Source of the DNA: Octopus sinensis
Taxonomy: Eukaryota
NCBI RefSeq assembly: GCF_006345805.1
Contig: NC_043005.1
Location: 58,652,001 to 58,716,000, forward strand
Length of the DNA: 64,000 nt
Direction: 5' to 3'
The translations under genes were made by a program, and so were the position numbers. This document shows positions 13,011 through 27,039 of this stretch, one piece after another. Every line of letters begins with the position of its first letter. The first letter of the stretch is position 1. A model generated the notes under the pieces. That model was not told the DNA's origin and searched no databases. It saw only the letters and a program-made list of their open reading frames with translations.

Positions 13011-13245
13011 CTATTTCTTTACAACCCACAATGGGCTAAACACAGAGAGGACAAACAAGGACATACAAACGGATTAAGTCGATTATATCAACCCCACTGC
13101 ATAACTGGTACTTATTTAATCGACTCCGAAAGGATGAAAGGCAAAGTTGACCTTGGCGGAATTTGAACTCAGAACGTAACTGCAGACGAAATATCGCTAA
13201 ATATTTCACCTGTTATGCTAACGTTTCTGCCAGCTCACCGCCTTA
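13011..13245 (-). mobile_element. Family A SINE with 15-bp TSD
   Basis: TSD AAGGTGTTTATAAAC at 12996-13010 and 13246-13260. Confidence 0.9.
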
Positions 13246-13394
13246 AAGGTGTTTATAAACCATTTAAAAACACACAAAAACTGTTAGATTCACTTCGACA
13301 TTTAAATTTAATTTGTCAAAATATTTTCATCACTTTGAGATAGTGACCTGTTCACTGACAAAATTCTGTGCTGTGCAGAAATTTGGAATACAAA

Positions 13395-15217
13395 ATCCAA
13401 GTTTAGGGAGAAGGATAATGCTGTATGTTTCATGCAGTTTTGATGGGGTATAAAGTGGAGAAGAACTCCCTGTGAAAATTCATATGCTTCGGATTTTGAT
13501 GAAATTTGATCCATAGGTATTATAAATAAATTTTAAAAATATACCCAAAATTTCCTTTTCTTTAGATGATTCTAAGAATCCCTTATGGGGGCTTAACCCC
13601 CAAATTTTAGTCATATTTCATGGACCAAAATTACTGAATGGATCCTTATGATATTTGGAACTTAGATTCAATGCATAGGTGCAGGTATAATGCAGTATGT
13701 TTGAATTTAAGGTGCTTATGGGGAGCAGAACCCTCCCATGATAAAGTTTCAACCATTATAATTAACACAATTCAAGAAGTATTCCCAAAGTCTCCACTTT
13801 CCATGAGGATTCTAAGACCCTCTAATGGGGGGGGGGTAACTCCTAAATTTTAGTCATTTTTTAATGATCCAAAACAAGGTCGAAATTACTGAATGGATCT
13901 TTATGAAATTTGGAAATTATATTCTATGCATAAGGGCAGATATAATGCAATATATGTTTGAAAGTGAGGTGTCATAAATGAGGCCATAACCCCCATGAAA
14001 ATTCATATATTTTTGCTGCTGATGATGAAATTTTAACCATATATATTAGACACAAATGAAGTAATATTCCTAAAATATCAACTTCTTAGGAGGTTATTGG
14101 GGCTTAAACCCCACAATTTAGTCATTTTTCCTAAGCCAAGACAAATACAATTCTTGTCTTGGAAGCGGTAGATTTACCCAAGGCTACAAAATGTGTGTTA
14201 TTTTTCATTCAATGGTACAGCAGTGTAAGAATTTGCTTTGAGATATATTTAGATTGTGATTTCTGGAATGTGGTGCATAAATTGTCAAGTAAAGGAGAGG
14301 CATCTTTGTGTCTACCGGCTCAGTTTGCAAAGTGTTATTTTGAGTAATGCTATTTGGTTCTAGACTTCCTTTGAGTCCTTTTATTATCACTGGATCAGAG
14401 ATAGTCCCGAGATAGTAACATTGATTTCAAGGTTTTTTCAGATAAGTGATTGGTCATTCAAGAGATTTATAGATTGCAAATTTATTCTGTTCAGATACCT
14501 ATTCGCATAGTGATCATTGGCAAACCCCAGAGGTAACACTTTCATTTCCCCTTAGCCTTTATGTCACACAGTTGTTAATGTTTATTTGAGTTGGGTCACA
14601 CTCTTCCAATTGCTATAGATCCATAATGCATCTTATGGCTGTGCCGGTCACCTATATGGTGAAGAATCCTGCAATGGGAAGTGGTAACGACTAGGGTAGG
14701 GTAGCTGACTGCTCGTTGTGATCATTCGTCTTTTGATTTCCTCTAGCTTTGCTCTCTTTTACAAACCCAGTAAACATTCATATATTTCCACTTTCAAAGA
14801 AATTTGAACAATACATATAAAACAAACAATATATATAAAAAAAACAAGTTAAAAAAAGGTTCCCAACAATTCAACTTCTCTGGTTGACTTTAAGACCCCC
14901 GCTAATAGGGGCCTTAACTCCCACATTTTAGAGCTCCATCTGCTCCATTTTTCAGGAGAAAATATCTTTGAATGGATTTTATAAGATTTGGATTTTGGAA
15001 TTTGAGCATAAAGATGAGTAGTATGGGATTAATATGTTATGATTAGAATTTTTGTTAGGGTGTGTAAAGGGGGAAAGAACCCCTATTCAAATTCTTAATC
15101 TCCAGTTTTAAGGAAATTCGAATCATAGGTATTCCAGTTCATTAGAGAAAACATAAAAGAAAAGTCTAATTCTTCAATTGCATCTGACACGAGCAACGCC
15201 AGGTATCTCTGCTAGTA
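13395..15217 (-). mobile_element. Helitron/Helentron-like non-autonomous element with ~250-bp degenerate internal tandem repeats
   Basis: Reverse complement terminus TACTAGCAGAGATACCTGGCGTTGCTCGTG at 15217 matches the ends at 48557, 55558 and 58604. The unit ...TAAGA..CC..ATGGGG..TAAC.CC.AAATTTTAGTCAT recurs near 13570, 13810, 14090 and 14890. Left boundary approximate. Confidence 0.45.
14150..14700 (-). mobile_element. Decayed Penelope-like RT C-terminal fragment
   Basis: Translation TEPVDTKMPLLYLTIYAPHSRNHNLNISQSKF resembles the PLE post-RT PxxxTYNPxN motif. Many stops. Confidence 0.35.
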
Positions 15218-15321
15218 CACACACACACAACATCATCGTCATTTAACATCCACCTTCCATGCTGGCATATATACACAAATTCTTTTATGAATGTATTTAT
15301 GTGTGTGTATATGTATATACA

Positions 15322-15439
<118 letters not shown>

Positions 15440-16034
15440 GTACACATGCATACATACACTACATGCATACATAATACATACATACATATACACACACATA
15501 CGCGCACACATGTATATATATATATATATATATATATACATGCATACACACATGTATGTGTGTTTGTATATGTGTGCGTGCATGTGTGTATACATGCTTC
15601 TCTCGGAATGTGAATAAAGGTCATGTTAGTGTATCATAATCATATTTAATGATCCTTGCCTGTCTTACATGCACTTTCTTTTAGTATTATACATCAATCC
15701 TCATGCAAATTCATTATTTGTAATAGGCTTTTCAAATTAAAAACATGACTGTAATTGTCTTTTCTTGCTGTTTTCTCAGAATATGACATTTCTTTGTAAT
15801 AGTTTTGTTGGAGGCTGCAAGTGAAGAGATGAAAGTGAATGCACAACTCTTTCTTTTTTTCAAAGGAAAATTTTTTTTTTTATTTTCATGTTTGAGAACA
15901 AATTGTCAGATGTTTTAATATATGTTTCTTTAAAATGCTGCTTCTGATATCTATGTATATAACACACACACACACACACACTCACACACAGACACACACA
16001 CACACACATGCATAAATATACATACATACATCAA

Positions 16035-16065
<31 letters not shown>

Positions 16066-16087
16066 AGACATATATATAAACATATAC

Positions 16088-16306
16088 TTTATTAATAAAG
16101 CTGCAAAGATATCATGGAAACTGTTACTCAGAGTTTCATGTTCCTGTTCATCAGACAAAACTGTCTGACAAACAGGAACATGAAACTCTGAGTAACAGTT
16201 TTTGTGATGTTTTTGCAGCTTTATTAATAAATCATATTACTCTACTTCTGGTGTTTGAGTACTATTTTGTTCAACCTTGTTTCACATTTATGTGCTTACT
16301 CTGGTA
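16088..16306 (-). mobile_element. Family F fold-back element (70-bp inverted arms) carrying hammerhead motifs
   Basis: Arms at 16088-16157 and 16162-16231. The 75-nt leader is the reverse complement of the leader at 27520-27592. Sits among (TA)/(CA) microsatellites. Confidence 0.8.
16116..16200. ncRNA. Two head-to-head hammerhead ribozyme motifs (one core intact, one G8->A)
   Basis: Minus strand: TGT-CTGATGA(16154-16148)-ACAGGAACAT-GAAAC-TCTGA-GTA-ACAG. Plus strand: AACTGT-CTGACAA(16165-16171)-ACAGGAACAT-GAAAC-TCTGA-GTA-ACAGTT. Confidence 0.55.
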
Positions 16307-16345
16307 TATATACATATACATATACATACATACATACATACATGT

Positions 16346-16635
16346 GGAGGCGCAATGGCCCAGTGGTTAGGGCAGTGGACTTGCAGTTGGGGGATTGCAG
16401 TTTCGATTCCCAGACCGGGTGTTGTGTGTGTGTTTATTGAGTGCAAACACCTAAAAGCTCCCTGAGGCACCGGCAAGGAGTGCTGGCGACCCTTGTTGTA
16501 TTCTTTTGCCCCAGCTTTCTCTCACTCTCTCTTCCTGTTTCTCAAGTAATGCTGCGATGGACTGGCGTCCCGTCCAGCTGGGAGGAACACATTCGCCACA
16601 GAAACCGGGAAACCGGGCCCATGAGCCTGGCTAGG
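16346..16635 (+). mobile_element. Family C SINE
   Basis: GGAGGCGCAATGGCCCAGTGGTTAGGGCAGTGGAC...GTTTCGATTCCC head. Confidence 0.85.
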
Positions 16636-16682
16636 CTTGAAAAGGGTGCATAAATAATAAATAAACATACATATACATACAT

Positions 16683-16729
<47 letters not shown>

Positions 16730-16740
16730 TATATATATAT

Positions 16741-16920
16741 AGTTAATCCAAACATGAAAACACAAAGAGAAAACATAACGTGAGGACGTGGAACAAATAT
16801 AGTATTATTGGATGCTCAGGAAGGAAGGGAAGAAGGAGGGTCTAACATTTCAAGCGGAGCTCTTCGTCAGAAACATAGGAAAAGGAAAGATCCAGATAAG
16901 GGAAGACGGAGAAAAAAAAA
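16741..16920 (-). mobile_element. Family E PLE-related short element with decayed minimal HHR (16840-16874)
   Basis: Homologous to 47808-48035. Reverse complement GTTT-CTGACGA-AGAGCTCCGCTT-GAAAT-GTT-AGAC. Confidence 0.65.
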
Positions 16921-17900
16921 GAATAAGAAAAAATATATATACATTATGAGATTGAGCAACTGAGCACCTGCATAAAACTGTTTCTCAGGTAGTATGGTCA
17001 TTAACCTAAGAACACACTTGTTGCTGTTTAGCTTTTGTTCACCCTTGATCCACTAAATGTCTGATGAATGACATTCAAATTGTGGCTATTCCAATGTGTT
17101 TGTATGACTGGTATTCAATATCCTTTATTTTTGTAGGAGAATAAGGTGTCTATTGGGGAAGATTTAGCTTCTGTTTCCAGCAGGTCAAACAATTGCCTAC
17201 CAGTTTCCTCAATGCCTTTATCAGATTGAGCTATTGAGCAACAAATATACAAAAGGCATTGTTTTTAAGTTGGTATGAATATACTGTATGTAGAAGCATT
17301 AAAACAGGAAGATAAATACTGAACTTAGAAAACTGGAATGTTGTCAGATAAAATAGTTTGTGTATTTAGTTATGGGTCTTTACATTTTGAGTTCAAATCA
17401 TGTCAAGGGTGTTTTTTGTTGTTTTCGTTTTAGCTCTATGTTCTTGTTCTGGAGTCAAGTAGTGAAGTTGAGATGAATGACTGTTCAATCCCACTTTGAA
17501 ATTTGCGATGTGGTACAACAACAACAACAACAACACCATTGTCATCATTATCATCATCATCATCATCATCATTTTAAGATCCTCATTCCTATGCTTGCAT
17601 ATGTTGAACAGAATTAGTTGAGGTGGATTTTTTTTATGGCTAGATGCTCTTCCTGTTGCCAACACTTACCTGTTTCCAAGTAAGGTAATATCACAGAATT
17701 TTGGGAGCAAAGGGCAGCAATTCCATTCTGACAACACTTGTTTACAGCTATCACAGGATGTCAAATAGTAATACATTCTCACACACACGCACACACACAC
17801 ACACATTCACACACACAAAACAAACAAACTCACAAACATACACCCACATGTGCTAAACATACTTATAGACAAATTCACATATACACTTATACACGAGTTC

Positions 17901-17958
<58 letters not shown>

Positions 17959-17984
17959 ATATACATATGTACATATATATATAT

Positions 17985-18040
<56 letters not shown>

Positions 18041-18129
18041 TATGTATATACACATACATATAAGCACACCTGTAGACAAATATACATATGCATACTTGTG
18101 CAAAACACACTTATAGACGAACACACAAA

Positions 18130-18386
18130 TAGTATTTAAACCGGCCATATCCAGCCCAAGTATCTTATCTGTTTTATGTACAAAGTGGCCAGATCCTGCC
18201 TCTCACACCTACCCTACATTGTCATTCTAAAAATAACCAATCATATCATCAGAATCTCAAAGCTACAAGAATCTGAGTAACAATTACATTAACTGTAATA
18301 GTATAGGTATGTTGTTGTTGCATAATTAATTTAAAAACAATGTGAATAAATATTTGATTTGGCACAGCAATCTAAATGCTAAAGGG
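18130..18386. mobile_element. piggyBac-like MITE, one terminus degraded
   Basis: Ends TAAATGCTAAAGGG|TTAA. Homologous to 51295-51939. Confidence 0.6.
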
Positions 18387-19008
18387 TTAAGGGTATTGTG
18401 AAGGGCCTGGTTAGAGGCCCAACTTTCTGAGTTCTTTTACAGGGTTTAGAAAAACTGAAGAATTGCTACAATAGTATACGTTGAATAAAATTATAATTAA
18501 ATGATAATTTACTCATTTACTAGTTTCAGTCATTTGACTGCAGCCATGCTGGAACACCGCCTTTAGTCATGCAAATCAACCACAGGACTTATTCTATCGG
18601 TCTCTCTAGCTGAATCGCTAAGTTACAGAGATGCAAACACACCAGCATCGGTTGTCAAGCGATGTTGGGGGGGACAAACACAGACACACAAACACACACA
18701 TACATACATATATACATATATACGACGGACTTCTTTCAGTTTCTATCTACCAAATCTACTCACAATGCTTTGGTCGGCCCGAGACTATAGCGGAAGACAC
18801 TTGCACAAGGTGCCATGCAGTGGGACTAAACCCAGAACCATGTGGTTGGTAAGCAATCTACTTGCCACACTACCCAAATCCAGGAAATTTTCAGCACCCT
18901 CATATACATAAATATACAACAGGCTTATGTATCAAAAGGTTTTGCTCAGCTCAGGGCCAATAGTAAAAGACTATAGAAGGAAACTTTCCCAAAGTTCCAT
19001 GCAGCAGG

Positions 19009-19395
19009 GAGGAAGCACTCTGTCGGTTACGACGACGAGGGTTCCGGTTGATCCGAATCAACGGAACAGCCTGCTCGTGAAATTAGCGTGTAAGTGGCTG
19101 AGCACTTCACAGACACGTGTACCCTTAACGTAGTTCTGGGGGATATTCAGCATGACACAGAGAGTGACAAGGCCGGCCCTTTGAAATACAGGTACAACAG
19201 AAACAGGAAGTAAGAGTGAGAGAAAGTTGTGGTGAAAGAGTACAGCAGGGATCACCACCATCCCCTGCCGGAGCCTCGTGGAGCTTTAGGTGTTTTCACT
19301 CAATAAACACTCACAACGCCCGGTCTGGGAATCGAAACCGCGATCCTATGACCGCGAGTCCGCTGCCCTAACCACTGGGCCATTGCGCCTCCATG
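19009..19395 (-). mobile_element. Family C SINE inserted into a family B SINE, 11-bp TSD
   Basis: TSD CATGCAGCAGG at 18998-19008 and 19396-19406. CpG-rich, so probably young. Confidence 0.9.
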
Positions 19396-19636
19396 CATGC
19401 AGCAGGACTGAACCTGGAACTATGTGGCTGAGAAATAAACTTCTTACCACACAACCACACCTATGCTAAGGCATGCCGGGTATCTATGTAAGAAATTCAC
19501 ATATAATGGAAACTTTGACTTTGGTAGGCATGGAGAAAAATAAATGTGCAAAAGCAAAATGAAAGGAATTTTTAAATTATGATTTCTCTATAATTTTGTC
19601 TTGTAAAAGTTTTAAAATCTCTACTGTATTTTACAG

Positions 19637-19698
19637 TGTTCGCTGCAGATATCAAAAGCAATCAAACAAATAGCATTGAAGGATATCAAGCTAAAGCA
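19637..19698 (+). CDS. Candidate short exon (62 nt)
   Basis: Acceptor gtattttacag and donor GCA|GTATGA. Two frames are open (CSLQISKAIKQIALKDIKLK or FAADIKSNQTNSIEGYQAKA). Confidence 0.2.
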
Positions 19699-20172
19699 GT
19701 ATGAAATGGTGTAGATTCCTAAATGTTTTTGGTTTCTTTTCTTTCTTCTTCATGTGCAAAGTTTTGAGCAAAGCAAAAATTCTGTCTTGTTATTCAATTA
19801 CCCTATCAGTTGAATATTTTTATATTTTTGTTTTTATAATTTTTTTTTCTTTTTACATATTTTTGCTGTATTTAAAATTTTTATATTATAATTTTTGTTT
19901 TTAAAATTTCAGATGTCTACAACTAAGTGATTTACATTAATTATAATAGTATATGTATGTTGTTGTTGTTGTTCTTGCTTAACTCAGATTGGATCTGAAT
20001 GAGTAAACTTGTGATCAAAAGTATTCCAATTACTGCCTTCTATCTTTTTTTGACCTGTGGACCAATTTTTAAGCTAGTAGAGTATGGTTTGAAGAAGATT
20101 TTTGTTGCTATTTCTTGCTGATTGAGTTACCGTAGAGAGGTTCTTTTATTAGCTCAGGTGCACATATTTGTG

Positions 20173-20219
<47 letters not shown>

Positions 20220-20880
20220 AAGAGACAGAAAAATAAAGTTGATTTGAAATTTGAACTTGAGTTTACTTTCAATTTTTCCCTTTTTTTTTTCCAAATTTAA
20301 TGCAAAAATGCTTTTGATTCTAAATTGAGTTCTATTTGGAATTTCAATATTTATCAGTTTTCATTATAATTTCATTTATTTATTTCAACCCCAGCATCTG
20401 ATTTTCCAACTTTATTCTGAAATATCACTCCAAAATCTTTAATTTTCATCCTTCTGGGGGTTGATAAAATAAAGAACTTCACTCATCAAATCTTTGTATA
20501 CACATACAAATTTACACACTACATACTCATACATACAAGTATCTATGCACATGCATATAGATATCTATGTATACACACACACATGCAAATATACATTCAA
20601 ACACACACGTGTGTATACACAGATATCTGTATGTATGTGTATTTGTGTGCTTAGATACTTGTATGTATGTGTATGTAGTGTGTAAATATGTATGTGTATA
20701 CAAAAATTTGATGAGTGACAAAGTTCTTTATATATATACAGAAAATGAGGAGTTTAGTTCATTTGTGATCTATACGAATAGGTACATTGATTAAATGCTA
20801 TAGTTGGTCAACTGTTTGGTTCCAAGGCCACAGCTAAGGCTGGATCTAGGAATCCGTGTTAGGGTTCCGTTATAGCATGT

Positions 20881-21055
20881 ATATATTATATTAGAAGAAA
20901 AATCTAAATCAAGACAGAATAAGTATTTAAAGTCATTTAGATTAATTTAATTGGGGTAAGGTGAATTTGAAGTCTTACCCTAATTAAATTATTCTAAATG
21001 ACTTGAGATACTTGTTCTGCCTTGGTTCTAAATTTTCCCTCTAATATAATATATA
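20881..21055. repeat. Fold-back (about 80-bp imperfect inverted arms, 11-nt spacer)
   Basis: AAGTCATTTAGATTAATTTAATTGGGGTAAG pairs with CTTACCCTAATTAAATTATTCTAAATGACTT; pairing extends outwards to ATATATTATATTAGA / TCTAATATAATATAT. Confidence 0.85.
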
Positions 21056-21108
21056 TCATTATTTCTAATTTTCCCTAAAGGGGAGTACAGCAGCGGTACT
21101 GGATATTA

Positions 21109-21214
21109 ATAGTTATAGCCAAGCTAACATGGCAGTCCAGAAAAATAGGATGAAAATAGAACGCCAGCATTCATCCAATTTTCTGGACTGCTATATTATC
21201 TTGGCGATAACTAT
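21109..21214. repeat. Fold-back (45-bp inverted arms, 15-nt spacer)
   Basis: ATAGTTATAGCCAAGCTAACATGGCAGTCCAGAAAATAGGATGAA versus TTCATCCAATTTTCTGGACTGCTATATTATCTTGGCGATAACTAT. Confidence 0.9.
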
Positions 21215-21215
21215 A

Positions 21216-21256
<41 letters not shown>

Positions 21257-21908
21257 TGTGTGTGTTTGTGTATAATTGTTTGGGATCATATATCTGAATC
21301 ATTGAGAAATTTGGAAATATGTCTTCTTATAGCATTACTCAAACTCAGATGTAACAATGATAATGGTACATGACAATATGGGTAGAATTCTGATATGTTA
21401 TAAAGGAATGCCCTTTAAATTTAATGACGATTACATCGATTTAAACACCTAACCAGAGGCGTTTGGGCAATGCAGACATATTAAAAAAAAATCTATTATG
21501 AAACTCTTCCTTCCCTTATTTAGAACTGCATGAATGAATCAACGTGTGATATTGTTTCACTTTTGGTATTTTCTGTCCAAAGTATAATGTTGAGTGTAGC
21601 TGAGGAGTACTAGGATGGTGCACATATGTACATAAATGGAGCCCACTGATCTCTTTGTAAGCGTCAATAGAAAAGTAGAAGTAAATTTCAGAGAAAGTTA
21701 ATTGTCGTGTACAGGCAGCAGGAGACAGAAGTGTAAGGAATTCTTAGGGCCTGTGAGGGATGACTATATAAATTGTGTTGAAACATCAGAGGCTCTTCTC
21801 TCAATGGAAAAAAAAATTTAAGGAATTTTATGATTTACTACTAAAAATCTTTGTACTTAGATATACAAATATATATATAGTTATATGTAGATATGTGTGT
21901 GTGTATAT

Positions 21909-21946
<38 letters not shown>

Positions 21947-23463
21947 AAGAGAGAGAGAGAAATGAACGTGATGTGAAATTTGAACTCTTTACAATCATAA
22001 CCCATGAAGGCACATGGCCTAGTGGTTAGAGCAGTGGACTCACAGTCGAGGGATCGTGGGTTCAAATCTCATGGCTCTTGCAGAAGATAATGGCAAATTT
22101 CTGCTGACTCTTTCACCACAACTTTCTCTCACTCTTTCCACCTGCATCTAGCAGGTCACCTGCTACGGACCGGCATCCCATCCAGGTAGGGAACCTATAT
22201 GTCAATGAAACTGGGAAACTGGCCCTAATGAGCCAGGCATGGCTTGAGAAGGAACAGACACCAAAAACAGCACAGTTATAACCTACTCTCCCCTAAATTC
22301 CTGCCAGTTCATAATTATCATCAAATGCACTTCAACCCTTGTTCATCATTCACAACATTTGCACTTCCATCTCTTATTGTTTTCCTCATACACATTTGCA
22401 ACTTCTTGATAATTTGCAGATGAAAAGGTGTGTGATTTAAGGCAAATTTAGCTGTAGTTTCTAGCACATCCAACAACCACTTGCTACCTTGCTTGTTTCT
22501 TTGTCCCTCTGACATGTATTGATATTTTTCAATATTTTCCTCTCCCATAAACACATTTTATGGAATGATAATGTGGATGATGATGATAGTTTTGTTCAGC
22601 TCAAGAGTGGTTCATTGCTGGCATTTAAGCAACAACAAAAACAGAATTTTATAATTTAAATCCTCAACCACCACCCTTCTTACCATTCTTGTTCTTTTGT
22701 TCCTACTCATTTCTCTTCACTTTTATTCACCTTCTTGTACCTTGTAGGTCTTCCTTGATACTTCTTCACCCCAACTTTATTTCTCTTTCCAGTTCGAGAC
22801 CATTACTCCCATCCACTCTTGTATAATGTTAGCAGCCATGTAGTTCTCCTTTACATCAAGAAATCTGTTCTAGCCTTTTCTTTCATGCTTCTACCACTCA
22901 TCGCTTAGTGTAAGTGATGAGTGGTAAGAGTATGAAAAAAGGGCCCTGGCATAAAACTGCTTCCTTCCCTAATGTAGTCCCATTCAGTTGAAGAGGATCT
23001 TAGTCTTATGGGCTACATGGTGACCTCACTAATGCTGGTGTTATAACGAAAGCACCCAATACACTCTGGAAAATGATTGGCATTAGGAAGGGCATCCAGT
23101 CATGGAAAAACATGGTAAAAAGAATATCAACACATTTGAATTCGATGTTTTTGTAGATTAACATTTCAAGCTTCTACAATGATGATTTAAAATAACTGTC
23201 GTTCACTCTTGGATCATCTTTAATTGTGAAAACATACAAGAAAGGTGTTTAAACCATGAATAGTCTTTTCTTTCTTCAGACAGTGTATCTACAGGAGCAT
23301 GCTTTTTAATGTGTCCCTCTATTTTTAAGACAGTAGGACATATTTTGAGGGAGATACAGCTTTTATTTCTATCGGATCAAATAACCACATAAAGATTACT
23401 TCTTTGGTTGATGATTTCCCCGTTTTCTGAAAGTTACCGCTTTAATGCATTCTAATCAAATAG

Positions 23464-23496
23464 AAGCGAGTGAGATATTCAAAGTGGAAAGCCCAG
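23464..23496 (+). CDS. Candidate 33-nt symmetric micro-exon
   Basis: Acceptor tctaatcaaatag and donor CAG|GTGAAT. Reads ASEIFKVESP (phase 1) or KRVRYSKWKAQ (phase 0). Confidence 0.15.
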
Positions 23497-23734
23497 GTGA
23501 ATTTATAGTTCTTTGAAATGTGTTTAGGTTTCTCTTAAGTTAAACTTAATTCCAACAATGAGAAATTCCATTATGGATAAACGATACTTAAATTCTTAAT
23601 GCATCATAGCCAAAGCTAAAAAAGTACATCAAGAGATACAATGTATTCTCAAATAAATCATCTTTATTTAACATCCATTTTAAATGATGATATGTTGAAG
23701 AAGGTATGTATGTATATATGTATAAACCTATCTG

Positions 23735-23797
<63 letters not shown>

Positions 23798-23858
23798 GTC
23801 TATCTATCTATCTATATATCTATCTATATATATATATATATATAAATTTATAAATAAG

Positions 23859-23890
23859 GATAATATCGATATTTAAATATCGATATTATC
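23859..23890. repeat. Perfect 32-bp palindrome
   Basis: GATAATATCGATATTT AAATATCGATATTATC. Confidence 0.95.
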
Positions 23891-24009
23891 AAGTGGCCAG
23901 CATGAGAAAAAATACCATACAAAGGTAATAATTTTTTACAACTAAAAATAAGGGTGTCTGAGAGACACCACCATGCCGAAATAGCAGTAAAACCACGTTA
24001 AATGAACAT

Positions 24010-24435
<426 letters not shown>

Positions 24436-26657
24436 ATGATCACGTGATATATATATATATATATATAGAATAGTGGTACAACAATGCACCAATATTTACT
24501 GGAAATAGCAGTCGATAATATATGATGCTATGGTAAAGCTTCACTGTATATATATTTATATATCTATATATATATATATACAGTGAAGCTTTACCATACC
24601 CTATATATATATATATATTGGCAAAGATGTTTGTGGATGGCAAACATAAAAAATTTCATCTTACCTGTAAGAAGAACATTGCCAGGCAATTTTCACAATA
24701 GAATACCTTGGTGGACCTTCCAGAATAGCACACCCACATAAGTTGGATGTTCCCCATTTTGATATGGATTTTTCAAATTATTTTTTTCCCTCAATTACTT
24801 GCAAATCATAAGTGTGTGTGTGTGTGTGGCAGGGTAGAAAAAGGAGTTTCTTAATAAAAATTTTTTTTGAATATTTAGGAATACTCTTCTCCCCAACCCC
24901 ACCTTCTGGGCTGGTTTTGTTCAAATTTTTATGCACTACACACTTAACAATAATGGAAGATGCCCATTTAGTAAAAAAATATTTTTTTTAATTTGAAAAT
25001 TTTTTTCAACACCCGCTCCACAATTAAGAACTGCTTTTGACCAATCTTTTTGTGCTACACACTTAAAAAAAGATGGAAGAAGCTTTGTTGGTAAAAAAAA
25101 ACAAACAAATTTTGGAAATTGGCAATTGCTATTATAATCCCTACTGCCTTTATTTTCAAACAGAAAATAAAATGAAATTTTAAAATAATGGTGAAAATTC
25201 TTATAACATTTTCATTAACCTCTGCTCCTAAAGTTTTGGCTTTTTCTTCATAATATTCTAATTATAGTTTTAAAATATGAGCTGTCCACATCTGCAATTT
25301 GCTTCTGATTATAATTTCAGAATAATTTGCAGATGAAAAGGTGTGTGATTTAAGGCGAATTTAGCTGTTGTTTCTAGCACATCCAACAACCACTTGGTAC
25401 CTTGCTTGTTTCTTTGTCCCTCTGACTTGTATTGATATTTTTCGATATTTTCCTCTCCTATAAACACATTTTATGGAATGATGATGTGGGTGATGATGAT
25501 AGTTTTGTTCAGTTCATTGCTGGAATTTAAGCAACAGCAAAAACAGAATTTTATGATATAAATTTTCAACCACCACCCTTCACAAAGTGAGTCCGTGTGT
25601 ATGTCTCTTTTACTCTCTATTATTTGTTTCTGCCATTTGACTGGGACCATGCTGGAGCACCGCCTTTAGTTGAGCAAATCGACCCCAGGACTTATTCTTT
25701 GTAAGCCTGGTACTTATTCTATAGGTCTCTTTTTGCTGAATCGCTAAGTTACGGGGACATAAACACACCAGCATTGGTTGTCAAGTGATGTTGGGGGCAC
25801 AAACACAGACACACAAACATATACAAACACACATACATATATACGACAGACTTCTTTTAGTTTCCATCTACCAAATCCACTCACAAGGCTTTGGTCGGCC
25901 CGAGGCTATAGTAGAAGGCACTTGCCGAAGGTGCCACGCAGTGGTACTGAACCTGGAACCATGTGGTTCATAAGCAAGCTACTTACCACACAGCCACTCC
26001 TACGCCTGTAAGGCATAGGGGATATGTGTAAAAAAAATCATTTACTGACAGGAAAGTATGCTACTGAATCACATTTTCTTTTATATACCAGGTTTTCAAA
26101 CCACTCTGTTGCCCTAGTGTAATTCCTTACATACATGCATACACACACATGCGCACACAAACATATACACACAGTGATACAAACACACACACACACACAC
26201 ACACACATTCACTCAGCATGAGCAATATACCTGCAGCGAGAAAGAGGAGGAGGGGGGAGAGAGAGTGTGGCAAATATATATAGAGAGTGGGAAAGTTTAA
26301 AATGTGAAAAGCAAAAAAATGAAAGAGATAGACAAATAGAGGTCTTTTCTGCTGCTGCTGTCACAGATTTCGAAATTTTAAAATTAAGGGAAAATTTTCA
26401 AATTCATATATTAATGGATTTATTCTTGTTGAATCTGATTTTGTGATTCATTTACTCCAGAAAAATTTTAGAAAAATATTACAGATATTTAAAGTTTGAT
26501 CATTTTTAGCCAATCAGAAAAAAGGACTTGTGCATTGTAGCTGTGCAACATAAAATGGAAATAAACATTAAAAGACAAAATTTTAAACAGAATGAAAACA
26601 ATTACATCATATGAAGAGAGAGTGAGAGGGACAGCATGAGAGAGAAATAATACATAT

Positions 26658-27039
26658 TCTTTTCTACTCTAGGCACAAGGCCCAAATTTTTTTCTTGTTG
26701 ATTAGATTGACTCCAGTATGCAACTGGTACTTAAATTATCAACCCCGAAAGAATGGAAGATAATGTCAACCTCAGTGGAATTTGAACTCAGAACATGAAG
26801 ACAGACAAAATACTACTAAGCATTTCACCCGGTGTGCTAACATTTCTTATTTCTTTATTGCCCACAAGGGGCTAAACATAGAGGGGACAAACAAGAATAG
26901 ACAAAGGGATTAAGTCGATTACATCGACCCCAGTGCATTACCGGTACTTTATTTATCGACCCCGAAAGGATGAAAGGCAAAGTTGACCTTGGCGGTATTT
27001 GAACTCAGAGCGTAACGTTTCTGCCAGCTCGCCGACCTT
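26658..27039 (-). mobile_element. Nested family A SINEs, outer 17-bp TSD
   Basis: TSD AGAGAAATAATACATAT at 26641-26657 and 27040-27056. The inner copy is flanked by TAAC(A/G)TTTCT. Confidence 0.85.
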
